Of a stretch of DNA of 64,000 nucleotides, positions 12,601-24,600 are shown piece by piece. Every line of letters begins with the position of its first letter. Within the stretch, counting starts at the first letter, position 1. Made by a program: the position numbers and the translations under genes. The notes under the pieces are model-generated. The model searched no databases. It had not been told where the DNA came from and saw only the letters and a list, made by a program, of their open reading frames with translations. The stretch comes from Raillietiella orientalis. Its lineage: Eukaryota. Where the stretch lies: positions 8,432,001-8,496,000 of the forward strand of contig JAYWIR010000001.1 in assembly GCA_036172245.1 (NCBI GenBank). Reading direction: 5' to 3'.

Positions 12601-15600
12601 AAGGGTGGCAGAGATGTGGTGGCACCTTCTCCGCCGAAAGTTCCTGAAGCAAGCGAGCCGTTGTCCCAGATGAAAAGGATGGACGATGGATCCTTGAATG
12701 AGGAGCTTCTATCCTGTTGACAAGACGCGCCCCGCAGTGCTTCGAAGGTCTTCCCCCTTCGTCCAGCAGAAGCTGAGAGTGTTCGAAGACGAGGGGTTTT
12801 GTCACGCCCACCGGGCACCTCCAACTGCCGTCCCGATTCCCATCCCGGCAGCCTCCCTGAAAACGTGAGGCCTCTGCGCGTACGATCGAACAGAAAGGAT
12901 GCTTGAGGCGGAGACGCGCGAAGAGTCTTCGAGATTGGAGGTGCCCCGTCCTATCAATCCGGGAAGGACTTCCAAATGTAAGAGGGAGTCCTTCCCTATT
13001 ACATTGGGGAAGGCATTCCGAAGGGAGCCTCTTATTCTCTCTGGAGGGACACCCTCCCTGAGGGATCACCCCATTACTTCTTCTCCGAAAGGAAACTGGG
13101 AATGATCTGCTCCCGGAATTTCTTCTCCGGGGGGACCCCGCAAGGGAACCGCTCTCTGTTTCCTCCTCCGGAGAAAACCCCGAAGGGACGCTTCCCAATT
13201 TCTCTGAAGGATCGCTCCCTGGAGGAAGCAGAGTGCTTCAGAGAGGTATCAACCCATCAACTCCATGGTACTCGATGGAGGGTCTCCCTTAAAGGGGGGA
13301 GGACGGTTCCTTGATTCTTGGATGGACCTCGGAGGGTCAACTCTTAAATCCCGGCCACTCAACGGGGCATCCGGCTTGTACCAGTGTCTCATCCGAATGC
13401 TGCGTCATCTTACGAGGAGAACTGGAAAAACCCACGGCACACCTCCACTTCTCGAAGTCGATCCTTCCCCGGGTGAGATTCGAACCCTTGACGGTACAAC
13501 GCGCGGGACCACGGCCATACGGACTCCAACGCGGGCCATCTGCAAGCAGGGACCTATGTGTAGGTCACTTCCTGGTGAACTACACGAAAGTGCTCCAGAG
13601 AATCCGAGTGTGCAACTGCTGAAAGCAGAACCGAATCTGCCCTTCAGAAGGCATATTCGTGCCTTGCAGAAGAAGCGGACGATGGCGCACTTCCCACCGA
13701 AAGTTCCGGATCTTCCCCTCTCTCTCTCTCTCTCCATGATGATGGAATGGAAGCCCCGAATGGCACTTCTGAGTGCTGCTGTGCCCAGATTCGTTCCTTT
13801 CGACCTCGTTTCGCCTCCTCTTCCTTGGGGGACATTCTTCAGCCTTGTAGGATGGAGTGTCCTTCCTCCCTCCTTTCACCGTCCGGTCAACAGCAGCACC
13901 TCCGTCTCTCGCCTTTGTTTCGTTCCTCAGGAAGCGGAGACGACGGTATTGTCCCGGGAACGCCGCCATCTTCGCCACGCGCACTTGCGGTCTTCAGGGA
14001 CCTCCTCGAGCATCCGACGGAGCGGCGGTCGGCCGTCTGAGCCGAAATTCCTCGCGGACGGAGGAGCGAGGGCTTTTAGGTGTCACGCTGGAGATTTCCC
14101 CGGGATGAAGGGATTACGGAAACGCTCCTGACTCTGTTCAGGCACCGGTGACCGAGTGTGCGCTTGCATGCGTCGGGAACAGGCCGTGCGTTTCCTGGTC
14201 ATGCCGGGTACGTGACTCACGAGGAAGCACGGAATCCCTTTATCCCCCCCCGCCTCGGATGGGGTGCCTTCCGATGACTTCCGCGGCAGATCTCTGTCCG
14301 GCCGATCTTTTCCGGCATTTCTTCCGGCTTCGCCGAATGATCACCTCATCGGCCCGCATGTGACCAGGGGTTGTTGCATCTGGTCCTCGAGGGGAAAGCG
14401 TGCGCTTCCGTCGTCCAAAGCAGGACTCTGAGTCTCAGGGAGTTTCTCTGTGTGCTCGAGGGACCCCTGGACCAGAGGACGTGTTGTTTCGTTACCGAGC
14501 GCGATCGGGATGTTCCTTTCGCCGTCCGTTTCGCCGAAGCCGGGATGGGTGCGGCGGAGTCCAACAGGAGATGCCTTCACCTCTCCCCTCCCCCCGTTCT
14601 TCTGACACCGTTTCTTTCCATCCTGGAAGTCGCGGCGTCCTTCCCGGTGCCGCATTCTAGAACGAAGCGCCTGGTGAGAGGCGAGCCGTCTCCGGGGAAG
14701 CCAGGGGGGAGGCAGCAACCCGTTCGACGAGAGTGGAGGGGGAGGAGGGGAAGGAAGCGAGAGAATGCCCCGAGGTAGTCCTCCAGACTGCTTTTTCCTT
14801 GGGAAGGAAGGAAGCGGAGCTCTGGGTCGCCAAGGGAGATACGGATGGAGGCGCCGCTCCCTCGGACTGCCCGCGTCGGATCAGCTCGGCGGAAACTCCG
14901 CATCTGGTCGCTCGAAGAGAAAGCGCCCCCGGCTCGGCTCCTGCGAATGAGCAGCTCTCGGAATCCCTTGCGCAGCCTCGAGTGAAAGGCGGAGGACCTG
15001 CCCCCCCTTTTCACTGCAACTCAGGGACCTAGGAAACGGTCGCTTGACGCACAAGGATTACGACCTGGGTGTGCTCGCGAGGTCCCGGGTCGGTCGAATC
15101 TTCCTGGCGCTTCGTCCGCGCGTTACCGGAAGGCGGAATCGAGCGACGCTGACCAGCTGGGTAGCCTTCCGGGTAGATCCACGACCCTGTACCTCGTCCC
15201 CCGGGCGGGAGGATCCTGCATCTCGGAGTGCCGCACCCGGAGGCGGGGGCACTGTCCCTCGTTCCTCCTAGCCGTTCGGCGGGCATTTCGGGGTCACTAC
15301 CGAAGTCACCGCGGCACCAACGAGTCTTTTCGCTTGACCCCTCTGCGAAAGAGATTGTGAGATTTTTCTGTCTCCGGAGATTCCCGCCTACATTCGCAGC
15401 CGATTCAAATGAGCGGTCTCAATTGAAATGAGAATGTGGTCCAGGGATGTTTCATCTCGATGGAATCAGCGACGCCCAGCCTGTCCTCGACGGCACCGCT
15501 GGACGCGGTTTTAGAGCGTCGAAAGACGCGTCTGCGGGCCGCTGCGGTGGACGAGACCCGAGCGGGAGGAGCGAGAGGCGGCGGAGGGACTCCAGGAGAC

Positions 15601-18600
15601 GCGCGCGCGCACGCCGTGGGCAATCCGGAAGAGCGACGCCTCCGTCCGCATCTCCCTTGGCGACTGAGAGCTCCGCTCCCTTCCTCTCCAAAAAAAAAAC
15701 GATCTGGGGGACGACTCCGGCATTCTCTCGCTTCCGTCTGCCCCCCTTCCCCCCTCCACTACCATCGGACGGGTCGCTGCCTCTTCCCCGGCTCCCCAAG
15801 ACACGCAGACGGGGACCCTCCGGACGAAGACGTTTTCATGACTGCCGGACCTCCGGAAACTCGGGGACGCGAGCAGCATCCCCGAATGTGGCGGCCTCCT
15901 TCGCTTCCCGGTGATCCCTTCGAAGCGCTCGGCGCGAAGCCTGAACCGCGGGAGTCTGTGGGACCGCTGCCCGCCGCCGCAGCGCGCGCGCCAGGTTCCG
16001 CCATTCCATTTTTAGCGCATCTCCCCTTTTCCTTCCTTCCTTTGCCCCTCCCTCCGCTTCCTGCGGAATAAAATATGCAGGGAATCAAGTAAAAGGAAGG
16101 ACACGCAAGGCGGTGATGAGATTAAGTTTTATTTATTACATTAGGGCTCAGGAAACGGGAATCAGGGAGTCTCCCTTTAGTCCGTGTCCGCGGCGGCGGC
16201 GGGCCCTGCGTCCGGTCGTGGGGATCAGGCGGCTGCGGCAGGTAAAGATGAACAGGACGGGGTGATTGAGAGTAGGCGAGGGTGAGGAGGAGATTCCCTC
16301 CCTCCCTCCCCTTCTCCCTCCAAATACACTCTTCATTCCCCCCTGGAGTCTCGCTCTGTCTGGCGAGCGGGACAGAGCATCTCGGAATGCCGGCGGAGGG
16401 GACTCGACTGCGCCTTCAGCGTGTCTGGTGCCGCGCGGGCGCACCCCCGTCCTTGCGGCGTTCCCCGGAATTCGAAGGCGCTGACCCCTTCCCTCCTTTT
16501 CGTCTTCCGTCCCTTCCTTCCTTCCTCCTGGGAACAGCTCCGAAGGAGGCGCTGCCACGAAGGGTGTCGCTCCCGGATGGGGACCGCGAGCGCTCCCGTG
16601 AGAAAAGGGGCCTCGTCAGGCTAGAGACGAGACCACGCGAGAATGCACGAACGCGCAGACCCTCCGAACGTCCCTTTCTAGGTTTCCGGACCAGGTTTCG
16701 GGAAGAACTCCAAAGCCTTGGCGCACGTCGCGTCGTGCGGACGAGAGGCCGTTGGCTCTTGAGAACTCGAAATCCGCTAGAGCAGGGCAAGAGCCCGGCA
16801 GGCGCATTTCCCGGGACTCAGGGAAGGCTGCAAGTCCCTCGAAAAGTTCCCCTCCCTTTCCGACTCCCCCCCCGCGCTGCCCCAACCTCCCCCAAGCCAG
16901 GAAACGCTGCCGCGTCGCGAACGAAGCGCGAGCTATCGGAAGCATCCGGCGCGCCGCCATTTCAACCCCTGCCGCTTCCCGAAAAGTCCGCAGCGCGGAC
17001 TCGCACGCACAAAGCGGCGAGGAACGTCCGACGGAGGGCGCGTGCGTCTCCTTCCATTCCCTCCGCCTCCCGGCCTCTCCTCGGTGGCCGGCTTGACTGG
17101 GGGCTCCGAGGACCCCCTCCTCCCTCCCGACTCGGCTGCTGCCCTGTCATGCGCTCCGGGAAAAGGCCTGGCGAGCACATCCGCTTACGGCTACTCCCGG
17201 TGCCATTTCATCGGTCTCTGGACCTGAGTGGCTGCCGAGCTGGTCCGCCGAGGGAGCGGTATGCATCTCCCTGGAGGACCGCGAGCTCCACTCTGCTTCC
17301 TCCCTTCCCAAGGAAAGGGCGGTCTTGAGGACGACCCCGGGTCATTCGCTCGCTTACTTTCCTTCCTCCCCCTCCGCTCCTGTCGGACGGGTCGCTGCCT
17401 CCCCCCGGCTCCCCCGAAGGCGGCTCGCCTCCCACCAGGCGCTTCGTTCTAGAATGCGGCACCAGGAAGGACGCTGCGACTTCCAGGATGGAAAGACGGT
17501 GTCAAGAGGACGGGGGGAGCTCCTGCTGGGCTTCCGCCGCTCCCATCGGTCCTCATATCTGCCCCTCGCCATCGAGCCGTCTCCGAGTGACTCCGGTAAG
17601 ACTAGTTGGGAGCCGCCTGCCTCGGCTGGAGGAGGTGACGAACGGGGTCCACGGGCCTGTGACATCCCTGGTGAGAAGATCCGAGGTCGCCTATTTCTCT
17701 GCTTCGCCTCGGCTCTGGGGCTTCCTTTTCTTTTGGTCGGAAGGCACGGAGATGCGTGAGGGACCCGCAGCGCGCCACAGGGAGCTCATCCACCGCCCCC
17801 TTCCGCGGTCAGTGGGCGTGGGGATCGACGCTGCAAGAATAGGGAAGGGGAGGCCCCTCTTCCTTCCCCATCCGTTCGAATCGTTCCCCGGTCTGGAGAG
17901 AGGAGTGGCTGCAGAGCACCTTCTTAGCTTCCCTTTCCTAGGTATTTATCCGCGTCCCTTGGGACTGTCTCTGTGGGAAAACCCAAGTGTGCAGATCTTC
18001 ACTCGTTCCTCCAGAGAAGGGACGGGGGCACGTCTCACCGCAGAGGAACGGACGCGCAGCATCCGCATGCTCAGAAGCGCGCGCACGTATCACGCGAAGG
18101 GAAGAAGAAAAAAAATGGTCGCCGAATGTTGTGGAGGAGTCTTGCGCGTTAACGGACAAGCGCCTGCAACGACGGCGACTCCCCGCCGACTGCGCCTCTG
18201 CCGCCCTCCGATCATGGACCGCCCCGACTGGCCGTGTGCTTCCCGGAGGACGGGGAACGAGGTCTTTCCGAGGTCCGTGGCGATCCTTCCTTCCCTTCCC
18301 TCTTTGGGCAAGTCTGGATCCCCCCCACGGAACCCAAACGGAGGGTCCCCGTTCGCCCTTCCAGGCCAGCAGCTCCATCTCCGCTCCCTCCACGTCATCC
18401 CCCGATCGGCTTCTTTCTCGTGGGGCCTGCGTTCCGGTCGGCATCCGTGAGCTTCGCTCTGCCCCCAGAGACGTCCTCCGTCCAGAAGGAGGGCGCTCTC
18501 TTCTGGGTCCTCTCCTTCGGAAGGGTTCATTGCTCCCGCCCCCATCCGGGGCCAGAATTCTCGCCGGAGTGCCCCGCCTCCCCGCCTGACCGAGATGCCC

Positions 18601-21600
18601 TTCGGACTTCTGCTCCCGATCCCAAAGGTCTCCATGAGAACCTCGGGGAGGCAAACTCGTGGCAGGGTAGGAGGAGGCAATGCCGTTTTGCCAGCTGCTC
18701 CAGGGGTCCTCGCCGGTGCGGCAGTGGGCGCTTCCGGGGGAGACCGCTTATCGACGCGTGCCCCTGTGAAATGCCGCCCCGTCGCCTGACCTCCACTTCC
18801 GGATCCGCTCGTCGGTCGACGGTGCCCTCCGGCGGTGGGTGGTCGACTCCTGCCGTTGCCTCGACTGACTCTGGTTCCTCATTGAGCCGGGGAGGTCGCT
18901 CGGCAGGAATGCAGGGCTTCCTTCCTGCGGGATGATGGTGTGTATGTAATAGGGAACACGTGTTCTGTACACGCAGGCACATTCATACAAACATGTACAT
19001 ACACGCATGAGTATGTGTGCATGTACGTGTGTGCCTGCGTATGCACTTGCGTGGGCGTACACGTGTGTGTGTTTACGTGGATATGCATATCGATATGTGT
19101 GTGTGCAGGTATACATACGTGTACATGAATGTCTGTATATTTGCTCGAACTGTTTCGATGGCTCCAGAAAATTCTGCCGGTGAGGTTCCAGACCCGAAAT
19201 TGCAGGCCGATCTCCTCCTCAAAGCATCTTCGTCTCCTAACGACGCTAGAAGTTCTTCCCCGCTTCTCGTATTTCACGAATTTCGGAGTCCGCGCTCATC
19301 CAGGAGAGTCCCAAGTTAATCTACCTTGTTTCACTTTGATCTGATAACGAAACGATAGATCAGCTCCACTTGACGTTTAGTCGTATCTCAAAGAGTCGAA
19401 CCGAACGGGAAAAAAACAAGGGAGGAGAGGGAGAGGCAGTATCCGCAGATGGTTGCGATGGCAGCGGCTTGATTTGGCCTCTTCCTCCTTGCGCTCTATC
19501 CGGCCATTTGTAAGGGAAGAGAGCACGGGCGAAAGCAGGAAGGCAGGGAGTGGAGGATCGTGCTATGCCCGGGCAGGTCATTAGGTTGTGGTCTCGGGTT
19601 CATTGCTTCCATCTTGGCGCAGAGTCAATACCCCCCTCCTTCCCTCCATCCTAGGTGGCACAGGGACGCGTTCACTCTTAAGGAGGCGTAAGGGTGCGAG
19701 GACTGACTCGCTCGCGCCTCTCCCAGCAGTTTCGGGGGGGGGGAAGGGGGAGTAGCGTCAAAGTTCAAAGTTCGAGAAGGTTCTGCGACCCGATCGGACT
19801 GCTGAAACACGCCGGAAGCGCTCCGGCCTTTGAAGGACGTCCACTGAGGTTGGGAATGTCGGCGGGCGGGAATTCCGTCTGCCGAAAGGTTCCCAAGCAA
19901 CCTCTTGCGGCTGTCAAGGATGACACTCTCAAAACAGGCGTGTCCTTGGGTCACAGCAAGCTTAGGCTTCCCGCCCGTTCTCTGATGCACGGTGGCACCG
20001 CAGCGGGAGAGAGAAGGGATTCCCCGTGACCAGTTCGGCCTCCCGGCGCCGCCTTCCAGACCCACTGCAGGAAGGGCATCCCTGCATCCATCCTGTCAGG
20101 ACGAGTAGCTCCGTAGCATCCGCGGATGCGGACCAGAAACGGGAGTTGAGGAACAATTCGCCTCTCCGACTTAGGGAGACATGACGTCTAGATCGGAGGT
20201 GGAGTGGTCATGCCCAACGCTGGGCAGCATTGTACGTGATGTAGGAGTAAGCAAAGGAGTACAACGGCTTCATTTTTTATAACTGGAAGGAATGCCGAAG
20301 GGCACCGATCCCTTGATTTTTGGAAAAACCCCTGAGGGTTAACTTCCAGTCCAGGCCGGTCAACAGGGGCATCCAGGGAGAAGGGGTTCCAGTTTCCACG
20401 AGTGTCGCACCCAAAGCCTACAGGCCAACCAGAGCGTCATCTCGCCGGGACGAACTCAAAACACATGACGTACCTGCCTCCCCCTTCCCTTCTCGGCATC
20501 GATCCTTCCCCGGGTGGGATTCGAACCCGCGACGCTTGGTGCCACGTGTGTAGTCTGCAGCTGCACAGCTGCAGATGCGGGTCAGGGATCCAGAAAATGC
20601 GCTAGGAGTCACCTGCAACCCTCCAACTATCTCCTAACAGCCCCTGTCCACCTAAGCTTGACCTCTCCCTCGTGCAGCGTCCACGGTGGTACTCGGTATA
20701 GGCAGAGAGTCCGCGATTGCAGCTCTTCGATCGCTGAATATGCAACTCCAGCCTCGTTGCCAAGAGAGGCAGCCACATAAGGTATCAGTCTGACCAAGGA
20801 AGTGACTCAAGGAAAATGGTAGATGGAGGCTCCCCACCCCCTTGAGCTGGCCAATCCCGGAAACAGACTTTTAAAACTACGCCCAGATCGAATGCTCCGG
20901 AATGAAGGCCGAGTCATCGCCCCCGAGATCACAAGTCTTCCCGTGCGAGGACAAGGCAGCGGAACGAGGAGCATTTGGAGGAAAACGGGAAGAAAACGAG
21001 GAGGCAGCATCCCTCCCAATCTCCGGCAAAGGGACGCCCGCTCCGCTGTCGGGATCCCTGTCGGTCTAGGGCGCGAAGAATGGCGACCCCTCGCGAGGAA
21101 ACTGCGAAGAGGATGGTAAGCATCAGCGTGTAGCAAAGCCGGGGGTGGCAAATATCTTGGTTCATCACCGCCCAGGATGAACAACTGCCAGAGAGTCTTC
21201 GGCAGGGCAGCAAGATGGCAGAAAACGTGGGAGAAGATGCCCCTACATCCGCACTTTCCAGCATTTATTGTACGCACGAAAATGGACCATTCAGCAAGGA
21301 CAGAACCGATGTTTGAGTGGCCAGTCCCCTTTAACTCAAAAAAAAATCTGTCCCATCCCTTCCTGAAAAACGGAAAGGGGATTGCCTCTTCGGAGGGGAG
21401 GCGTCTCCGCAAATTCGAAGCATCGGGCCCCGGCAGTTCCTAAGTAGTCCGGGAGCTCTACGAAGATGGCGAAAGGACGGATCTGCGAGAGCCGCTCTGT
21501 CTCTCAAGAGCGGAGCGACTCCCCGCGTGCCGGTAGGAGACGACGGCGTGAACCCTGCGGCGTGCATCCTCAGTTCTTGCGGTCCCGGTGATTGCGTTTC

Positions 21601-24600
21601 CTCGGTCTTGAGTCATCTGCGGGCTCAAGTGGACGGACCAAATTAGATCGAACACCGGAGAGCCCCTTGCCAGGAGACAGGGGCGAGTGAAATCCTTCTC
21701 GAGTAGGCGGCGAGGTAACGAGAGAAAGTACGGTGGCAGATGACCTTCCAGAAGATTCCCGCAACGGGGGGTGGTCTGTCCCGCCTGCTTCTTGGTCGCC
21801 GAGAGAGACCCGCGTCGTCCTCTAGAGGCGAGAGCGGGACCTTTCGTGAGAGGTGCGCACGTTACAGCGGCCGTCGCCAGCTTGCCGCAACTGAGAAGTG
21901 GGGGAGGGAGGGGGGCTATCCCCACGAAAATCTGGCTGCCACCCAGGAGCCATGCTGGAGCTCACGGGCTGCGCTCGGTCCTCTCGTTAGCGGAAGCTTG
22001 GGTGAGTGGATCCAGTCAAGACGTGCAAACACGGGAAGGACGGATGCGTCTGGGTCTGCGTTATCGAATGTCGATTCCGAATTCGGGAAAACCTGGAACC
22101 GCCTGTGCAGCGTTCTCACGGATTCATGTGGGAAAGACTGCTTTCCATCCCGGGAGGAGGAATAGTTCGTTCCCTTGTTTGTCTCGTTAATTAAGTTGGT
22201 TCCCACAAGATACTGCTGACAAGATGACCCCTCGCGATTGGATTCCTGTACAAGAACGTTCCGTGACCAGCCTGTTGCACCTGAGGTCAAGTCAGCTGCC
22301 TTCGTGGGCACAGCGCTTTTTTTCGTGCATCACAGCAAACGACAGCACTTGCTATCCGTTTCCAAGGGAACCTCCGTAGAAAGTTGCTCGAGCTGTTCGG
22401 CTTTTCGGCGAGCCGGAGCTGCAACGCAGCCACCTTGGAAACTTTCGCGCGATCCCGTATCCGGGAATCAGATTGTATTCTCTGTATGCCTTGCAAGCTG
22501 CGTCCACTCCCCCCTCCCTCGACCCTCCTGTGGAACGGGTGACCAAGCAACACGTCGCGGTGCCGACGGCGTTCGGGGAGTCCAGACCAGGCCGTATCGG
22601 TTTGCGGCCCGCGTCACCGAAGCGTGTGAGGACACGCCCCGGACCGCATGACCTCCGGGATGCTCCCAATGGCGGCGATCCCTTCCTCCCCGTGGGGAGC
22701 ACTTGAGGTCTCACAGATCGTTGATCGATCCATCCGTCCAGTGGAGGCTTCGAGGGATCTTTCGCAAGCGAATCCGCGGGAAGGATACGAGTCGGAGGCG
22801 CCAGAAGAGCTCCCATGGCACTTCTTCAGTCGCTGGGTTAGCACCTTTCAACCGGAATCAAAAGAATCGGGAGAGGACTGCCTGGAAAGATTGGTAACCG
22901 ATGGCCTCCACCCCGACGATTCCTCCTTCCACCCAACCCTGGATTGCTGCCTCGGAAAGAAAAGAGAGAGTCGTCCCACTGCACATCTTTCGAGCACCTC
23001 TTCCTGCACCTCTTCCCTTTCCCTAGAACGCCGCATCCGTTTGGGAGCTTTAAAGGTTCGCAGACATCGCAGAGGGAGCAAACCGCAGAGGGATATCCCG
23101 TGTCTCGCTGTGGAACCCTCAGGACCCTGGAGACCAAGGAACGGAGACGTATTGAGAGATCCCTCCCTCGGTGCAAAGCTGGGCGCCCAGGAACACCTGA
23201 CGCTATCGCGGTGCGCGTGCGAGAAGCAACACGGGCACCGTGGTGAGCAACCACATCCTGTTCCCGAGGACTAGGAAAAAATACAGTGGCCTTGCTATGG
23301 AGGGTGGGGATGGATCGAGACCTTCCAATCGCTTGCTAGCACCCCCTCATCAAGGCATACTGTGAAAATGCGCCAGCATCCTGCGCAGCTTCGACAGTTC
23401 CCACTGGCGATGGTTTATTGGTCACGGCAGTCGCCACAGATCTCCTGATGGTTCAGCCAGAACTTATGACGGTGGGGAGGCACGCCTGAACCGACAGCGA
23501 AGACGAGAAACCTGGAGACACGAGCAGCACCAGGCGGAACGGAGGGAACGGCCCGCTCCAGATGACCAGCTGACTCCGTGGCAAGAAGGCGTCGGTGCTC
23601 CGAAGGTCAAGGACCGGCACCCGAGGTTTTTCAAGGTAGCTTCGAGGGGATAGCGGGGACAGCCGTCCCCCACGTTTCCGTCATGCGAGACCTCTACCTG
23701 GAAACCTCCAAGCCAACGGCGATCCAGGTTCCTCTTCTCTGGTTCGCCAAACACTCCAGACCGTTCGCCTAGGGGACTCACGAAGTTCTTCGACGCACCA
23801 CCCAGCGAGGGTGCGTGTCAACTCTTCAGAAGGTACCCCGGAGGGATTGGATCACCCTGTGGAATCCAGGAAGAGCTCCGGAGGAAGGAGACCATTCCTC
23901 TCTTGAGCTTGGGAGGCAACTCCGGAGGGAACTGCCTCCCCTCTCGTTCTCTCCGGCGGACCCCCTGGAGGGGGAGACACTCCCCGTTTCTTCTCCGGAG
24001 GGAACCCGGAAAGGATCCGCTCCTGAAATTTCTTTTCCGTAAGGGCCCCTCGAAGGGGCGTTTCCCAATTTCTATGAAGGACGCAGTTTCCAAAGGGAGC
24101 AGCGCGCTTCTGACACTCTGGAGAGGCGACCACACAGGGGGGTATGATATGAAGCAGCCCCCTGACACGGCTCCGTTTTCACGACAGAAGAAGGAATGCG
24201 AAGGGAACGGGTCCCCTTCGATTCCTGGAAGGACCCGGGAGGCTCCAACTCGCAATCCCGGCCACTCAACGGGGGCATCCGGCTTCCAGCTTCCACCGGC
24301 GCCGCCTCACCCGAATAGACAACCAGCGCGATCTTGCGGGGGGAACTGGAAACCCACGACGCAACTCCCATTCTTCTGGTGTCGAGCCTCGGCGTGAGGA
24401 TTCGAACCCGCGCGACGCCTGGCACCACGCGCGGAGGCCGCCGCCACAGGGCCGCGCATCGGCAGGCGCGTGGCTACGGTCATCCATCTCTGATCTTCCC
24501 CACCTCTGAAGAGGCGCTCGACCTGCCGCATGGGTTCCCCGGGCTGCCCGCTTAGCGCTGTGACGCGGGGCTCGCCGCTGCCGCGAGGAGGAACGAAATC

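Noticed and set aside
23818-24255. Duplicated 145-aa ORF (twin at 28861-29298) as a gene pair
   Set aside because: It is a by-product of the inverted SINE copies; other family copies do not preserve the frame.
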